A DNA stretch of 64,000 nt, taken from positions 29,822,001-29,886,000 of the forward strand of contig CM069155.1 of NCBI GenBank assembly GCA_035221665.1, in the 5' to 3' direction. A model generated the notes under the pieces. The model was not told the origin of the DNA. It saw only the letters and a program-made list of their open reading frames with translations, and did not search any database. Origin of the DNA: Okamejei kenojei. Taxonomy: Eukaryota. Shown piece by piece: positions 36,545 through 49,632 of this stretch; the stretch's first letter is position 1; the number at the start of each line of letters is the position of its first letter. The position numbers and the translations under genes are program-made.

Positions 36545-39090
36545 AGCCGCTGATTGGTGGACTTGAGTATGCAGCTGATTGGCAGTCAGATTCTGGCAGT
36601 TTGTAGTGTACTGTACTTTGTATTTTGTATCGTATTTTTGTATTGTATATTGCATTTTATGTAGTATCTAGGGTAAGGGAAGTATGAGTGCCAGGGTAGC
36701 TTACTGTTCTGGATGTCAGATGTGGGAGGTCATGGAGTCGGGTAGCCCTCCAGAAGTCCACATCTGCACCAGGTGTGTCGAGATGGGGCTCCTAAAGGAG
36801 TGTGTTAGGAACCTGGAGCAGCAGCTCGATGACCTCCGTCTGGTCAGGGAGAGTGAGGACGTCATAGAGAGGAGTTACAGGGAGGTAGTCTCTCCAAAAC
36901 CACAGGAGGCAGACAAGTGGGTCACGGTTAGGAGAGGCAAGGGGCAGAGGCAGGCGCTAGAGAGTACACCAGTGGCTGTACACCTTGGAAATAAGTACTC
37001 CTGTTTGAGTGCTGTTCGGGGGGACAGCCTACCTGGGGGTAGGAACAGCGACCTGACCTGCGGTACAGACACTGGCCCTGTTGCACAGAAGGGTAAGGAA
37101 AAGAAGAGGAGGTCATTAGTAATAGGGAACTCTATAGTTAGGGGTCAAATTGGCGATTCTGTGGACTCAGTCCAGAGACCCGGATGGTAGTTTGCCTCCC
37201 TGGTGCCAGGGTCTGGGATGTGTCTGAACATGTCCAAGATATCCTGAAAAGGGAGGGAGAGGAGCCTGAGGTCGTGGTACATATAGTTAAAAAAAGAGTA
37301 GAGATCCTGAAAGGAGAATTTAGGGAGTTAGGAAGAGAGTTAAGGAAAAGAACCGCAAACAGAACAATTTCAGGATTACTTCCTGTGCCACACAACAGTG
37401 AGAGTAGGAATGGAGCAAGGTGGAGGATAAATGCCTGGCTGAAGGACTGGTGCAGAGGGCAGGGATTCAAGTTTCTCAATCAATGGAACCTCTTTTGGAG
37501 AAGGAATGACCTGTATAAAAAGGACGGGTTGCACTTGAACCTGAGGGGGACCAGTATCCTGGCAGGAAAATTTCCAAAGGCTACCGGGGGGACTTTAAAC
37601 TAGAACGGTTGTGGGGAGGGACACAAATAGAGAAAGCTAGTAGACAGGGTCTGAGGCAGGAGGCAAAGAAGGGAAGCACTCAGGTTCCAGGGCAAAAATC
37701 AAAAGGGACCATTTGTCAACATAATTGTATAAGGAGGAAGAGTGTTGTAAAAACAAGCCTGAAGGCTTTGTGTCTCAATGCAAGGAGCATTCGTAATAAG
37801 GCGGAAGAGTTGAATTTGCAGATAGCTATTAATTACTATGCTATAGTTGGGATCATAGACATGGCTCCGGGGGGACCAAGGCTGGGAGTTGAACATCCAG
37901 GGATATTCAATATTCAGGAGGGGTAGACAGAAAGGAAAGGGAGGTGGGGTAGCGTTGCTGGTGAGAGAGGAGATTAATGCAATAGAAAGGAAGGACATTA
38001 GCTTGGAGGATGTGGAATCGATATGGGTAGAGGTGCAGAATTCTAAGGGGCAGAAAACGCTACTGGGAGATGTGTGCAGGCCACCTGACAGTCGTAGTGG
38101 AGTTGGGGATGGCATCAAACAGGAAATTAGAAATGCGTTCAACAAGGGTTAAACGGTTATAATGGGTGACTTCAATACATATAGATTGGGTGAATCAAAT
38201 GGGCAGGGGTGCTGAGGAAGAGGATTTCTTGGAATGTATGCAGGATAGTTTTCTAATCCGACATGTAGAGGAACCAATGAGAGAGCAGGCTATTCTAGAC
38301 TGGGTATTGAGTAATGAGGAAGGGTTAGTTAGCAGTCTTGTTGTGCGGGGCCCCTTGGGCAAGAGTGACCATAATATGGTTGAGTTCTTCATTGGGATGG
38401 AGAGTGACATAATTAAGTCAGAAACAAGGGTTCTGAACTTAAACAAAGGTAATTTCGAAGGTATGAGAAGTGAATTGACCAAGATAGACTGGCAAGTGAT
38501 TCTTAAAGGGTTGACAGTGGATATGCAATGGAAGGTATTTAAAGACTGCATGGATGAACTGCAACAATTGTTCATTCCAGTTTGGCAAAAGAATAAATCA
38601 GGGCAGGTAGTACATCCATGGATAACAAGGGAAATCAGGGATAGTATCAAAACAAAAGACAAAGCATACAATTTAGCCAGAAAAAGCAGCCTACCAGAGG
38701 ACTGGGAGAAATTCAGAGTTCAGCAGAGGAGGACAAAGGACTTAATTAAGAAAGGGAAAATAGATTATGAAAGAAAACTGGCAGGGTACATAAAAACTGA
38801 CTGCAAAGGTTTTTATAGATATGTGAAGAGAAAGAGATTAGTTAAAACAAATGTAGGTCCCTTGCAGTCAGAAACAGGTGAATTGATCATGGGGAACAAG
38901 GACATGACAGACCAATTGAATAACTACTTTGGTTCTGTCTTCACTAATGAAAACATAAATAATCTGCCGGAAATAGCAGGGGACCGGGGGTCAAATGAGG
39001 TGGAGGAACTGAGTGAAATCCAGGTTAGCCAAGAAGTGGTGTTGGTTAAATTGAAAGGATTAAAGGCCGATAAATCCCCAGGGCCAGATA
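36545..39090 (+). mobile_element. CR1 LINE: 5' UTR, ORF1 (Cys/coiled-coil + esterase) and ORF2 endonuclease, 3'-truncated
   Basis: CSGCQMW..CTRC, VIGNSIVRG, DGLHLN, NARSIRNK and GKSDHN; ends at KSPGPD. Same family as 18023-20545. Confidence 0.92.
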
Positions 39091-39769
39091 GTGGAAAGAC
39101 AGTTGAAGGACAGTTTATTAATTTCAATGATTAACAGTTGATAGACATGGTGAGCCGCCGGGATTTCAGTATTTCTGTGCTATGGGAATCTACAACGCCC
39201 TATCTTTCTGACCTCTAATAGCATTCAGCGTCTGGGTACATTTCGTGAGTTACTACCCTACTGTCAAAGAAAAGGTTACCAGCACCCAATGCTTCCTCTC
39301 TAATCATATACCATTCTTATATGTCAGTGTACCACCTTTTCTTCTTTACTGTTGCAAGTAAATCCAAGAACGGTATTTATGGTGGGTTTAGGGATGTACC
39401 GTCACCAAAACGTGTGCAGCAATTCGAGAAGGTGCTAATCACGACGGTGTAAATCATGACGCTAACAGCGTGCCTTTCCTGAAAAAATAAACCACGTGCA
39501 AACTGCATTTGACAATCACGATGCCTCGGACAGGTCATCAATCCATCTTTCTGTCTTAGTTTTCCTTTGAAATGGACAGTTTAACGATTAAGGATTATGC
39601 ATCACATCCGAGCTTTGGCGTATTCGGGATTTCAGCGCCGTGTCTTTTGGTCTTTAACTGAAATTACACAAATACAAAATCAATGTGGACTGACTGCTTC
39701 CTCTTAGGTTGTCCTAGTAATACTACCCCACATTGACTCATCACGCCTAATAACTGCAACTATAAAAAA

Positions 39770-42360
39770 TACCCTGATTGAAGTTATGTACGGACCTCCA
39801 AACAGTAGCCAGAATGTAGCGTACAAATTACACCAGGAGATGCACAGGTCATGTGGATTTCAATATGCAGGTTGACTGTGATATTTAAGGTTGGTACTGG
39901 ATCCCAGGAGAAGGAATTTGTAGAGTGCCTCCAAAATTTCGTTCTTAGAGCACTTTATGTCGAGCCTACTAGGGAAAAGCAATTCTTTATTTGGCATTGT
40001 GTAATGAACTGGATTTGACTAGGAACCTTAAGTTTAAAATATCCCCCAGGAGGTGGTGACCATAATATGATGAAATTGAACCTGCAGTTTGAGAGGGAGA
40101 AGAATAAATCAGATGTGTCGGTAATACTGTTAGATAAAGGTAACTACAGCGACATGAGAGAGAAGCTGGCTAAAGTTGAATGGAAAGGGATCCAAGCAGG
40201 AACGACGGAGGAGCTGCAATAGGAGGAGTTTCCATGAATAATTCGTAAGATGCATGATTTTTCATTCCAAAGAGGAAGAGAGATTCTAAGGAGAGAGGGA
40301 TTGACACAAAGTTACTAAAAAAGCAATATGGAAAGAAAAAATGAAAAGTTAAGCTAGCCACTAATGTAAAAGGATAGCAAAAGTTTCTTCAGCTATATAA
40401 CGAATAAGAGAGAGGGAAGAGTAGACATTGGACCACTAGATAATGACGCTGGAGAAGGGATAATGTGGAATAAATAAATGTCAGATTAATTTAATACGTT
40501 TTTTCATCGAACATCACAGAGGTGTCTTCAAGAGAGTTGGGGCAGAAACTAGTGGAGTTGATATTACTAAGTAGGTGCTTGGGTCTGAAGTTGAATAAAT
40601 CACCTGGACCAGATGTGCTGCACCCCAGTGTTCTGAAGAGGTAGTTTTAGAGATTGTGGTCGTGTTTGTGTGGGATGTTTCAAAAATCACTGGGGTCAGA
40701 CGTGGTCACAGTGGACTAGCAAATTACAAATGTTACTCTGCTTCTCAAGATGGGAGCAAAGCAAAAAAAGGGGAAACTATTTGCCACTTTGCTTCACTTC
40801 AGTGATTGGTAAGATTTTAAAGTCCATTAAAAATGGTGAGGTTTCTGAGTACTTAGAAGCACATGATACATTTGGCAGAAGTCAGTGTCGTTTTGTGAAT
40901 GGGAAATGTTGCCTGTTGGAATTATTTGAGGAAGTAAATAGCAGGATGAACACTGGATGTTGTTGACGGGTTTTCAGAAGGCATTTGATAAGCTGCTGCA
41001 TGTGAGGCTGCTGAAGAAGATTAGAGCCCGCGGTATTAGAGGGAAGATAATATCACCGATAGAAGGTTAGCTGTATGGCAGAAGGCAAAGAGTGGGAATA
41101 AAAAGGAATTTTATTCTGCTCGGCTGCCAGTGACTAGTGTTCCACATAGATCGCGGATCCTCACGATATATATTAATGGTTTGGATGAGGTAAGTGATGG
41201 CTTTGTGGCCACATTTGTGGATGATACAGACATAGGTGGAGGGCCAGGCAGCGTAGAGAAAGCAGGGATTTTGCAGAAAGTATTGGACAGTTCGGGAGAG
41301 TGGGCAAAGAAATGGCAAATGGAATATAGTGTAACACAATGAGCAGTCATTCATTTCGATGGTAGGAATAAAGACGTAGTCTGTTTTCTAAATGGGGAAA
41401 TTATTCAGAAATTAGAGGTGCAAAAGAACCAAGGAGTGCTGGTGCAGGATTCCTAAAATAATAATTTGCAAGGTGAAACAGTAGGAAGGAAGGCAAATGC
41501 AATGTTTGCAAATATTTCCAGAGGACTATAATATAAAAACAGGAATGTAATGTTAAGGCTTTATAAGGTACTGGTCAGACTGCATTTGGAGAATAGTGTA
41601 GGAAAGAACTGCAGATGCTGGTTTAAGTCGAAGGTGGACACAAAATGCTGGAGTAACTCAGCGGGACAGGCATCATCTCTGGAGAGAAGGAATGGGTGAC
41701 ATTTCGTCGAGACTGAAGTCTCAAGAAGGGTCTCTACTCGAAACATCACCCATTCCTTCTCTCCAGAGATGTTGCCTGTCCCGATGAGTAACTCCAGCAT
41801 TTCGTGTCTACCTTTGGAGTATAGTAAGCAGCAAACTGCTTACTATACTGGTCCCCAAATCTGAGGAAGGATTTTCTGGCGTTGGAGAGGGTCCAGAGGA
41901 GGTTTATGAGAATAATACGGGGGATTATTAGTTAATGTATAATTAATGTTTGACGGCACTGTTTTTTTATTCACTTGAATTTAGGTTGGGGATGGGGGGG
42001 GGTCTTAATTGAAACTTGCTGAATAGTGAAAATCCTCGATAGAGTGGATGTGGAGAGCATGCGTACACAAGTGGGAGAGTCTACGACCAGAGGACACAGC
42101 CTCAGAATAAAAGGACAGACATTTGGAGATGAGAAGAAGGTTTTTTTTAATTTAAAGGCTAGTGAATCTATAAAATCCTTACACAGACAGATGTGGTGGC
42201 CGAATTAGGCATTCTAAGATGGGAATTGGCACATTATTTATTAGTAAGGATGTCAAAGGTTATGGGCAGAAGGCAGGAGATTGAGAGTGAAAGATAGATC
42301 AGACTTGAATGAATGGCATATGAGGCCCGATGGACCGAATGGTCCAATTCTACACCTATG
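39770..42360 (+). mobile_element. Older CR1 LINE ORF2, decayed
   Basis: YGPPNSS, GGDHN, KSPGPD, FQKAFDK, FVDDT and WQMEY remnants plus a 3' tail. Confidence 0.85.
41597..41813. mobile_element. Palindromic Penelope-pLTR-derived insertion
   Basis: Long inverted arms (about 41632-41706 / 41739-41813) flanked by the near-TSD TTGGAGAATAGT / TTGGAGTATAGT inside CR1. Confidence 0.8.
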
Positions 42361-42804
42361 CATTGTCGACTCTGTGTACAGTGTCCCCCAACTCAGCCAT
42401 TTGGAAGCAACATTTTCATAACTGAAAAGATTCTGCACAGATGTAATAGTTTGGGGGTACAGTGATCCCGTTACTCATGAGTTACAGCTTCTATGCACTG
42501 CCCTTCTACTCCGATATAAAACTATAAAGCCATATTTAAATCCTTATTCCTATTTATTTTACAGGTTTTTTTTTAATTGCTTTAATACTTTATTAAGTTG
42601 TCAACGATACAAGTTATAGAAATCTGTATTCCCACTGAATACGAATATTCTTTGAGCCTGATCTCCCTCATTCTCCGAATAACTCAGACTGAAGAAGAGT
42701 CCTGACCCGAAACAAGCCTATCTATGTCCTCCCAATATGTGGCCTAACCCACTGAGCAACTGCAGAGCTGTTTCACTGAATATTCCATCATGAAGAATTG
42801 ATCA

Positions 42805-43900
42805 AAAAAGATTGACGAATGCAAAGGCGTAGATGTTGTTTATATGGACTTCAGGAAAACATTTACTAGAGTTTGGCATGGTCGGCTACTCTGGACTGTT
42901 AGCTCGTAAGAGACCCGAAGAGCACTAGCCGACTGGATAGAGAATTTGCTTCATGGAAGGAAGCAGACGGTGATGGTGGAAGATTGTTATTCTGACTGCA
43001 GGGTTATGACCATCGGTGTGCCTCGGGGATCACTACTGGGCCCATTGTTGATTTTGGTTTACATAAACGATTTGGATGAGAATGTAGAAGGCATGATTGG
43101 TAAATTTGAAGATTACAAGAAAGTGGCTGGTATAATAGATGGCAAAGATAATTATCAACAATTATAGCATAAACTTGATCAGTTGGATAAGTAGGCTGAA
43201 GAATGATTAATGGCTTTAATGCAAATAATTGCGACGTGATGCATTTTGGGAAGTCAATCCAGGGCAGGATCTTCTCTGTGAATAGCTGGTCCTGTGGAGG
43301 TGGGGGGGGGGGGGGGTGTTTTTGTTTAGAGGTTGGGTTGTTATGTTACAGTTGTAAAATATGTAACCGAGACTGCAGTTGGACTATTGTACTTACGTTT
43401 TGTCACACTGAGATAAGAAGGGTATTATTAATCTGGAAAGAGTGCGGAGAAGATTTATTAGGATATTGCCATGACATGAAGCCCTGAACTATTGGGGGGT
43501 GTTGGCAGGCTCGGATTTGGAGTGTAGGAGGAGGATGAGTCATGTTATCGAGGTGTTTAAGATCATGAGGGGAACAGAAAAGCTAAATGCACAGAGTCTT
43601 TTACCCAGAGTAGGGGAATCAAAAACGGAGGATTTAAGTTTAAGGTGAGAGTAGAATAATTCAATGGAAACCTGGGGCGAAACGTTTTCACACAGACGAT
43701 GCTGAGATATGGACCGAACAACCAGAGCAAGTAGTTGAGACAGGCACAACATTTAAAAGACGCTTCGACATGTATATAGCCAGTAAAAGTTTAGCGGGAC
43801 ACGGGCCAAACGCGGGCTAGTGCGATTAGTGTAGTCAGGCCACCTTGGTCGACATGGGCAAGTTGGCCGAAGGAACCTTTTCCTTGCTGTTCGACTCTTA
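42805..43900 (+). mobile_element. Old CR1 RT fragment
   Basis: VYMDFRK, GVPRGSLLGPLL, YINDLDE and CDVMHFGK. Confidence 0.8.
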
Positions 43901-43931
43901 TGATATTGTGACTTATGATATTATGAAGCTA

Positions 43932-44237
43932 TTAGTTTAGTTTCGTTTAGTTTAGTTTAGAGATACAGCGTGGACACAGGCCCTTCGACCCACTGAGTCC
44001 GCATCGACCAGCGATCCCATCACATCAGCACTACCCTACACACAAGGGACAATTTACACTTATACCAAGCCAATTAACCAACAACCCTGGAAATCGAAGA
44101 TCTCGGAGAAAACCCACGCTGTCGCTGGGAGAACGGACAAACTCCGTACAAACAGCACCCGTAGTCGGTATCGAACCCTGATCTCCAGCGCTGCATCGCT
44201 GTAAGGCAGCAAATCCACAGCTGCGCTACCGTGCCGC
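43932..44237 (-). mobile_element. tRNA-derived SINE (HE1-like) with (CTAAA)n tail
   Basis: Reverse-complement head GCGGCACGGTAGCGCAGC, B-box GGTTCGATACC and a (TTTAG)n tail on the + strand. Confidence 0.82.
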
Positions 44238-46539
44238 TATCTGCAGTTCATTGTGCATCTATTCCACTTTCACCTTCCTTGAAAGTCTCAACCCTCTCTC
44301 TTCAACGCGTTATTTCAAAATGTATCCTTTGAGTATCTCCACTTGTTGCTAGTCTCTCTTTGTGGCGCTCACTCTCTCTCTCACTCTGCCCTTCATAATG
44401 TTAGCACGTAGAGTTACATTATAGCTACAGCAGAAATACTTTGCTGCAAAGCTTTAGCAAGACTTGTACGACAGCTGTACTTTTCTGTCCTCCGCTTCTG
44501 TTTCCAAAACAAACAGATTATTTTTACGTCTTCCAAAGCCTGTGTGTTCCTGCAATTTTCACAACGCGCATTGTTCCTGAAACGCATTACAACTGAAATA
44601 TATGTGCTTGTATCGCGTTATGTTTTATGACAGTTGGCAGTCCAGTTCCCCTCCTGGGTTAAATGAATGCTATCGTATCGGATCGGATCGCCCTTGGGAA
44701 ATATGCCAAGCAAAACGAATCACTTCATCCATCAATACATCCAATTTTCATCACCATTGCTTGTAAGGTGAGTACTTGCGACACATCTCTAATTATTCCT
44801 CAGAATGTGCTCATGTGCGTCCTTCTGGGATCACAATAATATTCTGTCGATTGAACCCCCACCGTATTATTGGAAAGGGTTTTCCAAGACAGACCCAGCA
44901 ATCGGAAGCTGAAGAAGGATCTCGAACCGAAACGTCACCTATTCCTTCTCTCCAGGGATGCTGCCTGTTCTGCTGAGTTACTCCAGCTTGTTGTGTCTAT
45001 CTCCAGCAATCGGAAAGCTGGGCAAAACATTTCCCAATTCAACGTGGTCTGTGACTTGTATCGCAACAGTGTAGCTCCCATGCCCACCCTTTACTTCTAA
45101 CCTGGTTGGCATGGGAGTGTTGGCCGCGGATTCTAGTGAAGTAATTCCAATACATTTTGTATATGGTAAAGATAGACATAAAAAGCTAGAGTAACTGCGG
45201 GTCAAAAAGCAAATTACTGCTTGGAGTGAGTAAACACTGGTGCGGAGAATGGGGGTGTCAATCAATCGGATTATATTGCTCTGGTTGAAGTTTGCCCACG
45301 TGATTGCTGTTGGAGCTGCCTCGTCTGCGCAAGCTGAGAAAATTCTCCAATTTGTCCAGTTTATGATGGGAAACGTAGGAAGTGAGGAAATGAGAGGAGA
45401 ACTTAGCAGTGGCAAGCACATTGGTAATTGGCAAAACAGGGGTGTGATAGTCGCGCCCTTGAAACGCATTCTTCCGTCATAATTTCAAGTAATATTTTGT
45501 TAACATCCATTTAAGTATGCGTAACCATCCCAAGTTATGACAGGAATATTTTCCACGCTGCAACAGCGAAAGCATTTCAGATGTACTGAGGAGTCGAAGA
45601 ATTTCGGAAGCAAGTCTTTAGTGTTGATTCACATGCTGTTAATACAATAGCAAGGGTAATCCATGAAATTCAATGAACGTTATCGTTATAATTAGAGCCA
45701 CTGGTTTGCTATATAAAATCTAGTATGATGCAACGCTGGTTCCGTATAAATATAATTTCCCACGTCGAATTAAGGTTGATGGAATTCATCCAGAACCGCC
45801 GACACATTTGACTCTTTTTAACATATAAAACTCGCCATAAGCCCTGAGGTCGATTAAACATATTTGTCATTTTTCCAACTCATTAAGTCAATTTTACGAA
45901 CAAAGTCAGCGGACGATTCAAATGTGGGTGCTGCACGGAATCATGCTTTCCAAATTTACAGCAAAACCATTACATTAAATTTGACAGTGATTTCTAATAA
46001 ATATACAGTGACACCTTCAAATTTGCCAAATTTACAAATTCAAACTTAATTTGCAATCAGTTGTTTATTCCCTTGTGCTTTTAGAAAATATTCGATAAAC
46101 CATCGTCACCAAAGTGCTCACCAGTTTCAAAAATCAATATGCAACTAAAGTGCGGCCACACCGTGAGATCAGGACTTCAGCAGTTCTAAAACACTCCAAA
46201 TTCATTTTTTATGAATGAATGAACAGTCGGCGGATATTATCATGGGTTTATTCGATAGGTACAGTTTGTTTTAATATACGCATTGTGCAACCGCACCGAA
46301 AAGGGTTCATAATAAATGAAAAAATATAATGAAAATAGACACACAAATCTGAAGCAACTCAGTGGGACAGGCAGCATCTTTGTATATAACGAATGGGTGA
46401 CGTTTCGGACATAATGAATGTCTCATTTCAAACAAAATGAAATCTCTGATGTGTTTGAAAATATATTAAATCGTACAGGAACACGCAATTAGAATTCGGA
46501 TATTTACCTAGCTAAATGTTTGGGAACAATTTGACACAA

Positions 46540-46693
46540 GAAGAATCTGGCAACGTCTGATTGGCGCAACGTTCGTCGTGATTTGATTGTTTTGCATATG
46601 AACACCCAGTGACGCCTCGCAACACGGTTCATAAGAGACCCCGAGAGAAACGTGTGTACCACTTCACCAGGCGCCCCCACTCAGTTATTTACA
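46540..46693 (+). promoter_or_regulatory. IgL cluster 2 promoter (inverted CCAAT, octamer-like, CRE half-site)
   Basis: ATTGG at 46560-46564, TTTTGCAT at 46590-46597 (7/8 octamer) and TGACGCCTCGC from 46610. Confidence 0.7.
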
Positions 46694-46742
46694 ATGTCTT
46701 GCTGGGTCCGTGTTGTCTATGCATTAGCGTTTTCCGCAGTTT
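46694..46742 (+). CDS. Ig light chain type II (lambda) cluster 2, leader exon
   Basis: MSCWVRVVYALAFSAV followed by a phase-1 donor T|GTGAGT. Confidence 0.92.
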
Positions 46743-46865
46743 GTGAGTATTCTACTTACACCCACACGATGTTTAATTTCGAGTACAATTATAACTTTAT
46801 TTTACTGGCGCACGTTGTTTAGCTAATGTAAATGAATAGTCCACTTTTTCTAATTTTTCTTCCAG

Positions 46866-47210
46866 GTATAAACGCGGAGGTTACACTAAATCAACCGTCT
46901 TCACAGTCCGTGTCTCCGGGACAGAAGGGGCAAATACCCTGTACCATGTCTGGCGACAGTTTAGGTACTACCACCGTTTCCTGGTACCAACAGATTTTTG
47001 GAAGAGCGCCGAGGTTTCTGTTCTACTATTGGTCGGGCAGCAGCATTACTAGAGGCTCGGGAGTTTCTGAACGTTTCTCCGGATCAGTGTCAGGCAACAC
47101 TGCGACATTGACAATATCGAACGTGCAGTCGGAGGACGCAGCGGATTACTACTGTGCTGTGTGGAAAGATGCTGTAATCTTCGGCAAAGGAACGAGGCTG
47201 GGTATTGGCA
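46866..47210 (+). CDS. IGLV: Ig light chain type II (lambda) cluster 2, germline-joined VJ exon
   Basis: Acceptor TTCTTCCAG ends at 46865. Translation is (C)INA-EVTLNQP..C..WYQQ..ERFSGS..EDAADYYC-AVWKDAVI-FGKGTRLGIG, then donor A|GTAAGT. No RSS. Confidence 0.96.
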
Positions 47211-47238
47211 GTAAGTAAAATATCTTCACTCTTTGGGT

Positions 47239-47354
47239 AGACAAAAGTACTGGAGAAACACAGCGGGTGAGGCAGGTGACCCGCTGAGTTTCTCCAGCAC
47301 TTTTGTCTACCTTCGATTTTCCAGCATCTGCAGTTCCTTCTTGAATAACTTGTC
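47239..47354. mobile_element. Palindromic Penelope-pLTR-derived insertion just inside the J-C intron
   Basis: TSD CACTCTTTGGGT at 47227-47238 and 47355-47366, with inverted arms of about 32 bp. Confidence 0.82.
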
Positions 47355-47644
47355 CACTCTTTGGGTGCTTGATACTGCAGTGAAAGGTAATTAGTTTTGT
47401 GTCGCTTAATTAATGGTTCAAAGAAAAGTGTTTTGAAGCATATATTTTCTAAATACACGGCTAAAATCAAGTATTTTTTTGGAAAATTAATAGAAGTAAC
47501 GATATGGGAGAGGCAAATGCCTTTTCGGCTGTTGACATTTTTCATTTTTAATTACTTTTCAAACGATGAATTAACAATTGTCAACCAGGATAGGAAATAG
47601 GCCGGCGGTAAAGAAGCTTGTCTTCCTTCTTTTCCTGTTTCGAC

Positions 47645-47739
47645 GAATGCAATCAACCTGCCGTGCACCATGAAGTGAGATCAAATAGAACAAGTTGCCC
47701 TACAACTTTAGGCTGTGCACGCCATACGCAAGAAGAAGA
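47645..47739 (+). mobile_element. RTE-type LINE 3' tail
   Basis: Ends CACGCCATACGC(AAG)n and is absent from the cluster-1 intron. Confidence 0.45.
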
Positions 47740-48473
47740 TGGCACGAATGATTCTATTAGAAGACGCACCTTCAATAATAGCACCTACTTTGGGTGATGC
47801 CCCATCGCGAACTGCGCATCACTCGACCCTCGTGGGGTTTTCCTAAAATTATGAACATGTATAGATAAAGAAAGTGCATTTCTCAGAATTATTGGTTCAA
47901 ACCAATAACCTGTCAGATACCTGGGATATCGCTTTGAATTGTTTGTATATGAATTGGTAAGCTTGTATTAGGCATGAGCACAAGATTGGAACTGTTACAA
48001 CAATTCACGAGAGTGTATTTAATTTTCCCTGACATGGGTTTCCGTATCGAGAGTAGAAGTGCAAATTTATAAGATAATAATAATGTCAATTCCTGCCGGC
48101 TACGCATTAGTCGCCTTGAGCCATTTTTCTGTCCTTACGTTTCCCGCTGGAGGAGCAGTTTAGCAGCGCTTCCGGTATATGGAATCTGACTGTAGTTAGA
48201 GGATTTTTTTTCTTAGGCGCACAATGAAATAGAAGCAACGTGAAAACAAACAAATTATTTAGTCAGTCAATTAGAACAGGCTTCTTCAGATGTTCAAATA
48301 ATTTAGCCATATCCCGAGAAGACTATAATCACATTTATCCTGGATTTATTTCATATATTTTTTTAACTGTTTAAACGCTAGTTTGAATGGTTTAATGTGT
48401 ATTTAATTAGCCGCTGAAGGGAGGCGGGGCATTCCAACAGTGTTTGCTCTTCTATTGGAATCAAAATTTAACC

Positions 48474-48590
48474 CGAGGGTACACAAAATGCCGCAGAAAC
48501 GCCTATCTCCTTCGCTCCATAGATGCTGCTGCACCCGCTGAGTTTCTCCAGCATTTTGTGTACCCTCGATTTTCCAGCATCTGCAGTTCT
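48474..48590. mobile_element. Penelope-pLTR-derived insertion with inverted arms
   Basis: CGAGGGTACACAAAATGC...GCATTTTGTGTACCCTCG. Confidence 0.75.
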
Positions 48591-48739
48591 GATTTTATCT
48601 GAGATGGTTCAGCAATTGAAGGTGCAATGTAAATTCACATTTTTCAAGTTATTTTTCAAGTTAAAATATTCGCTATCTTCATGATTCCAGAATGCCCAGA
48701 AACTATCACGGTCACTCCAAACGAATATGACTGTCCTCT

Positions 48740-49095
48740 CCTGAGCGTGACTTTATTTAACGTGGGAAGACAGGTGCACAGATAGCCACCACATGGTCCT
48801 TGACAAATCTGGGTCAGAATCCAGTGGCATGGAATCCAAGACAACCAGGGACCCTTTTTCTGCTGCAGCCCTCATCCGCCTTCACAGCCGTTGTGATGCT
48901 CCACTAAAGTCAGCCATCATCCTCTGCCTGTTCCACCGTTGAGGTCTTGGTTGAATTGATGTTTGTCCGAGACCTCTCCCTCGACCTTACCGCAGGGGCG
49001 ACCCTACCAGGAGCATAACTCCAGACGGCATCGCTCCAGACGGCATCGATCTCAGGACCACACAAGTTTCTCCACCACGACAGGATGACAATCCA
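48740..49095 (-). mobile_element. RTE-clade LINE 5' region fragment
   Basis: GACCCTACCAGGAGCAT..CTCCACCACGACA resembles RTE 5' UTRs (from memory). It is absent from the cluster-1 intron. Confidence 0.45.
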
Positions 49096-49632
49096 CGATT
49101 ACATTTCACAACATAACACATTGATCGCAGAATTTATAATGTCGCAAGGAATTCAACATCACATTTAACTGAAAATGATTGACCGCAGTATTTGAATAAC
49201 ATTGAGAATCTATAGGAGGAATAATTAAGCAAGCATTTGAAAGCATGAACTAAAGTGTTTAAAATAATAATTGACGATGTCAGGACGTTCGCTTTGGTCC
49301 TACGTTTTTGTTTGTTTCCGGCGCAATATCTAGAGCATTTTGTTTTTGTTGGCGCCGCTGAGTGAAGTGAGCAAGACTCATTGTCCTATTTGGGAAATCT
49401 GAGCTAAATTATAACTTCAAAAAAATATAACTTTCGATAAAAGGCATATAAACTTCAAGGTTAATGTGGAACAGTTCAAGAATAATAGTGTGGAATATTT
49501 CTAAAACAATTTAGAAGGCGATAAATAGTATGTTTGACATTGTTGCAAAATTAGATTTATGTGTCATGCAAATATTATTATTTCTATTCTTACGTAACTA
49601 TTAATAATACTGCAAAACCTTGTTTCAAACAG

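Noticed and set aside
44978-45482. 163-aa (-) and 80-aa (+) ORFs upstream of cluster 2
   Set aside because: No recognisable domain, they cross repeat fragments, and they are not preserved in the cluster-1 paralogous region.
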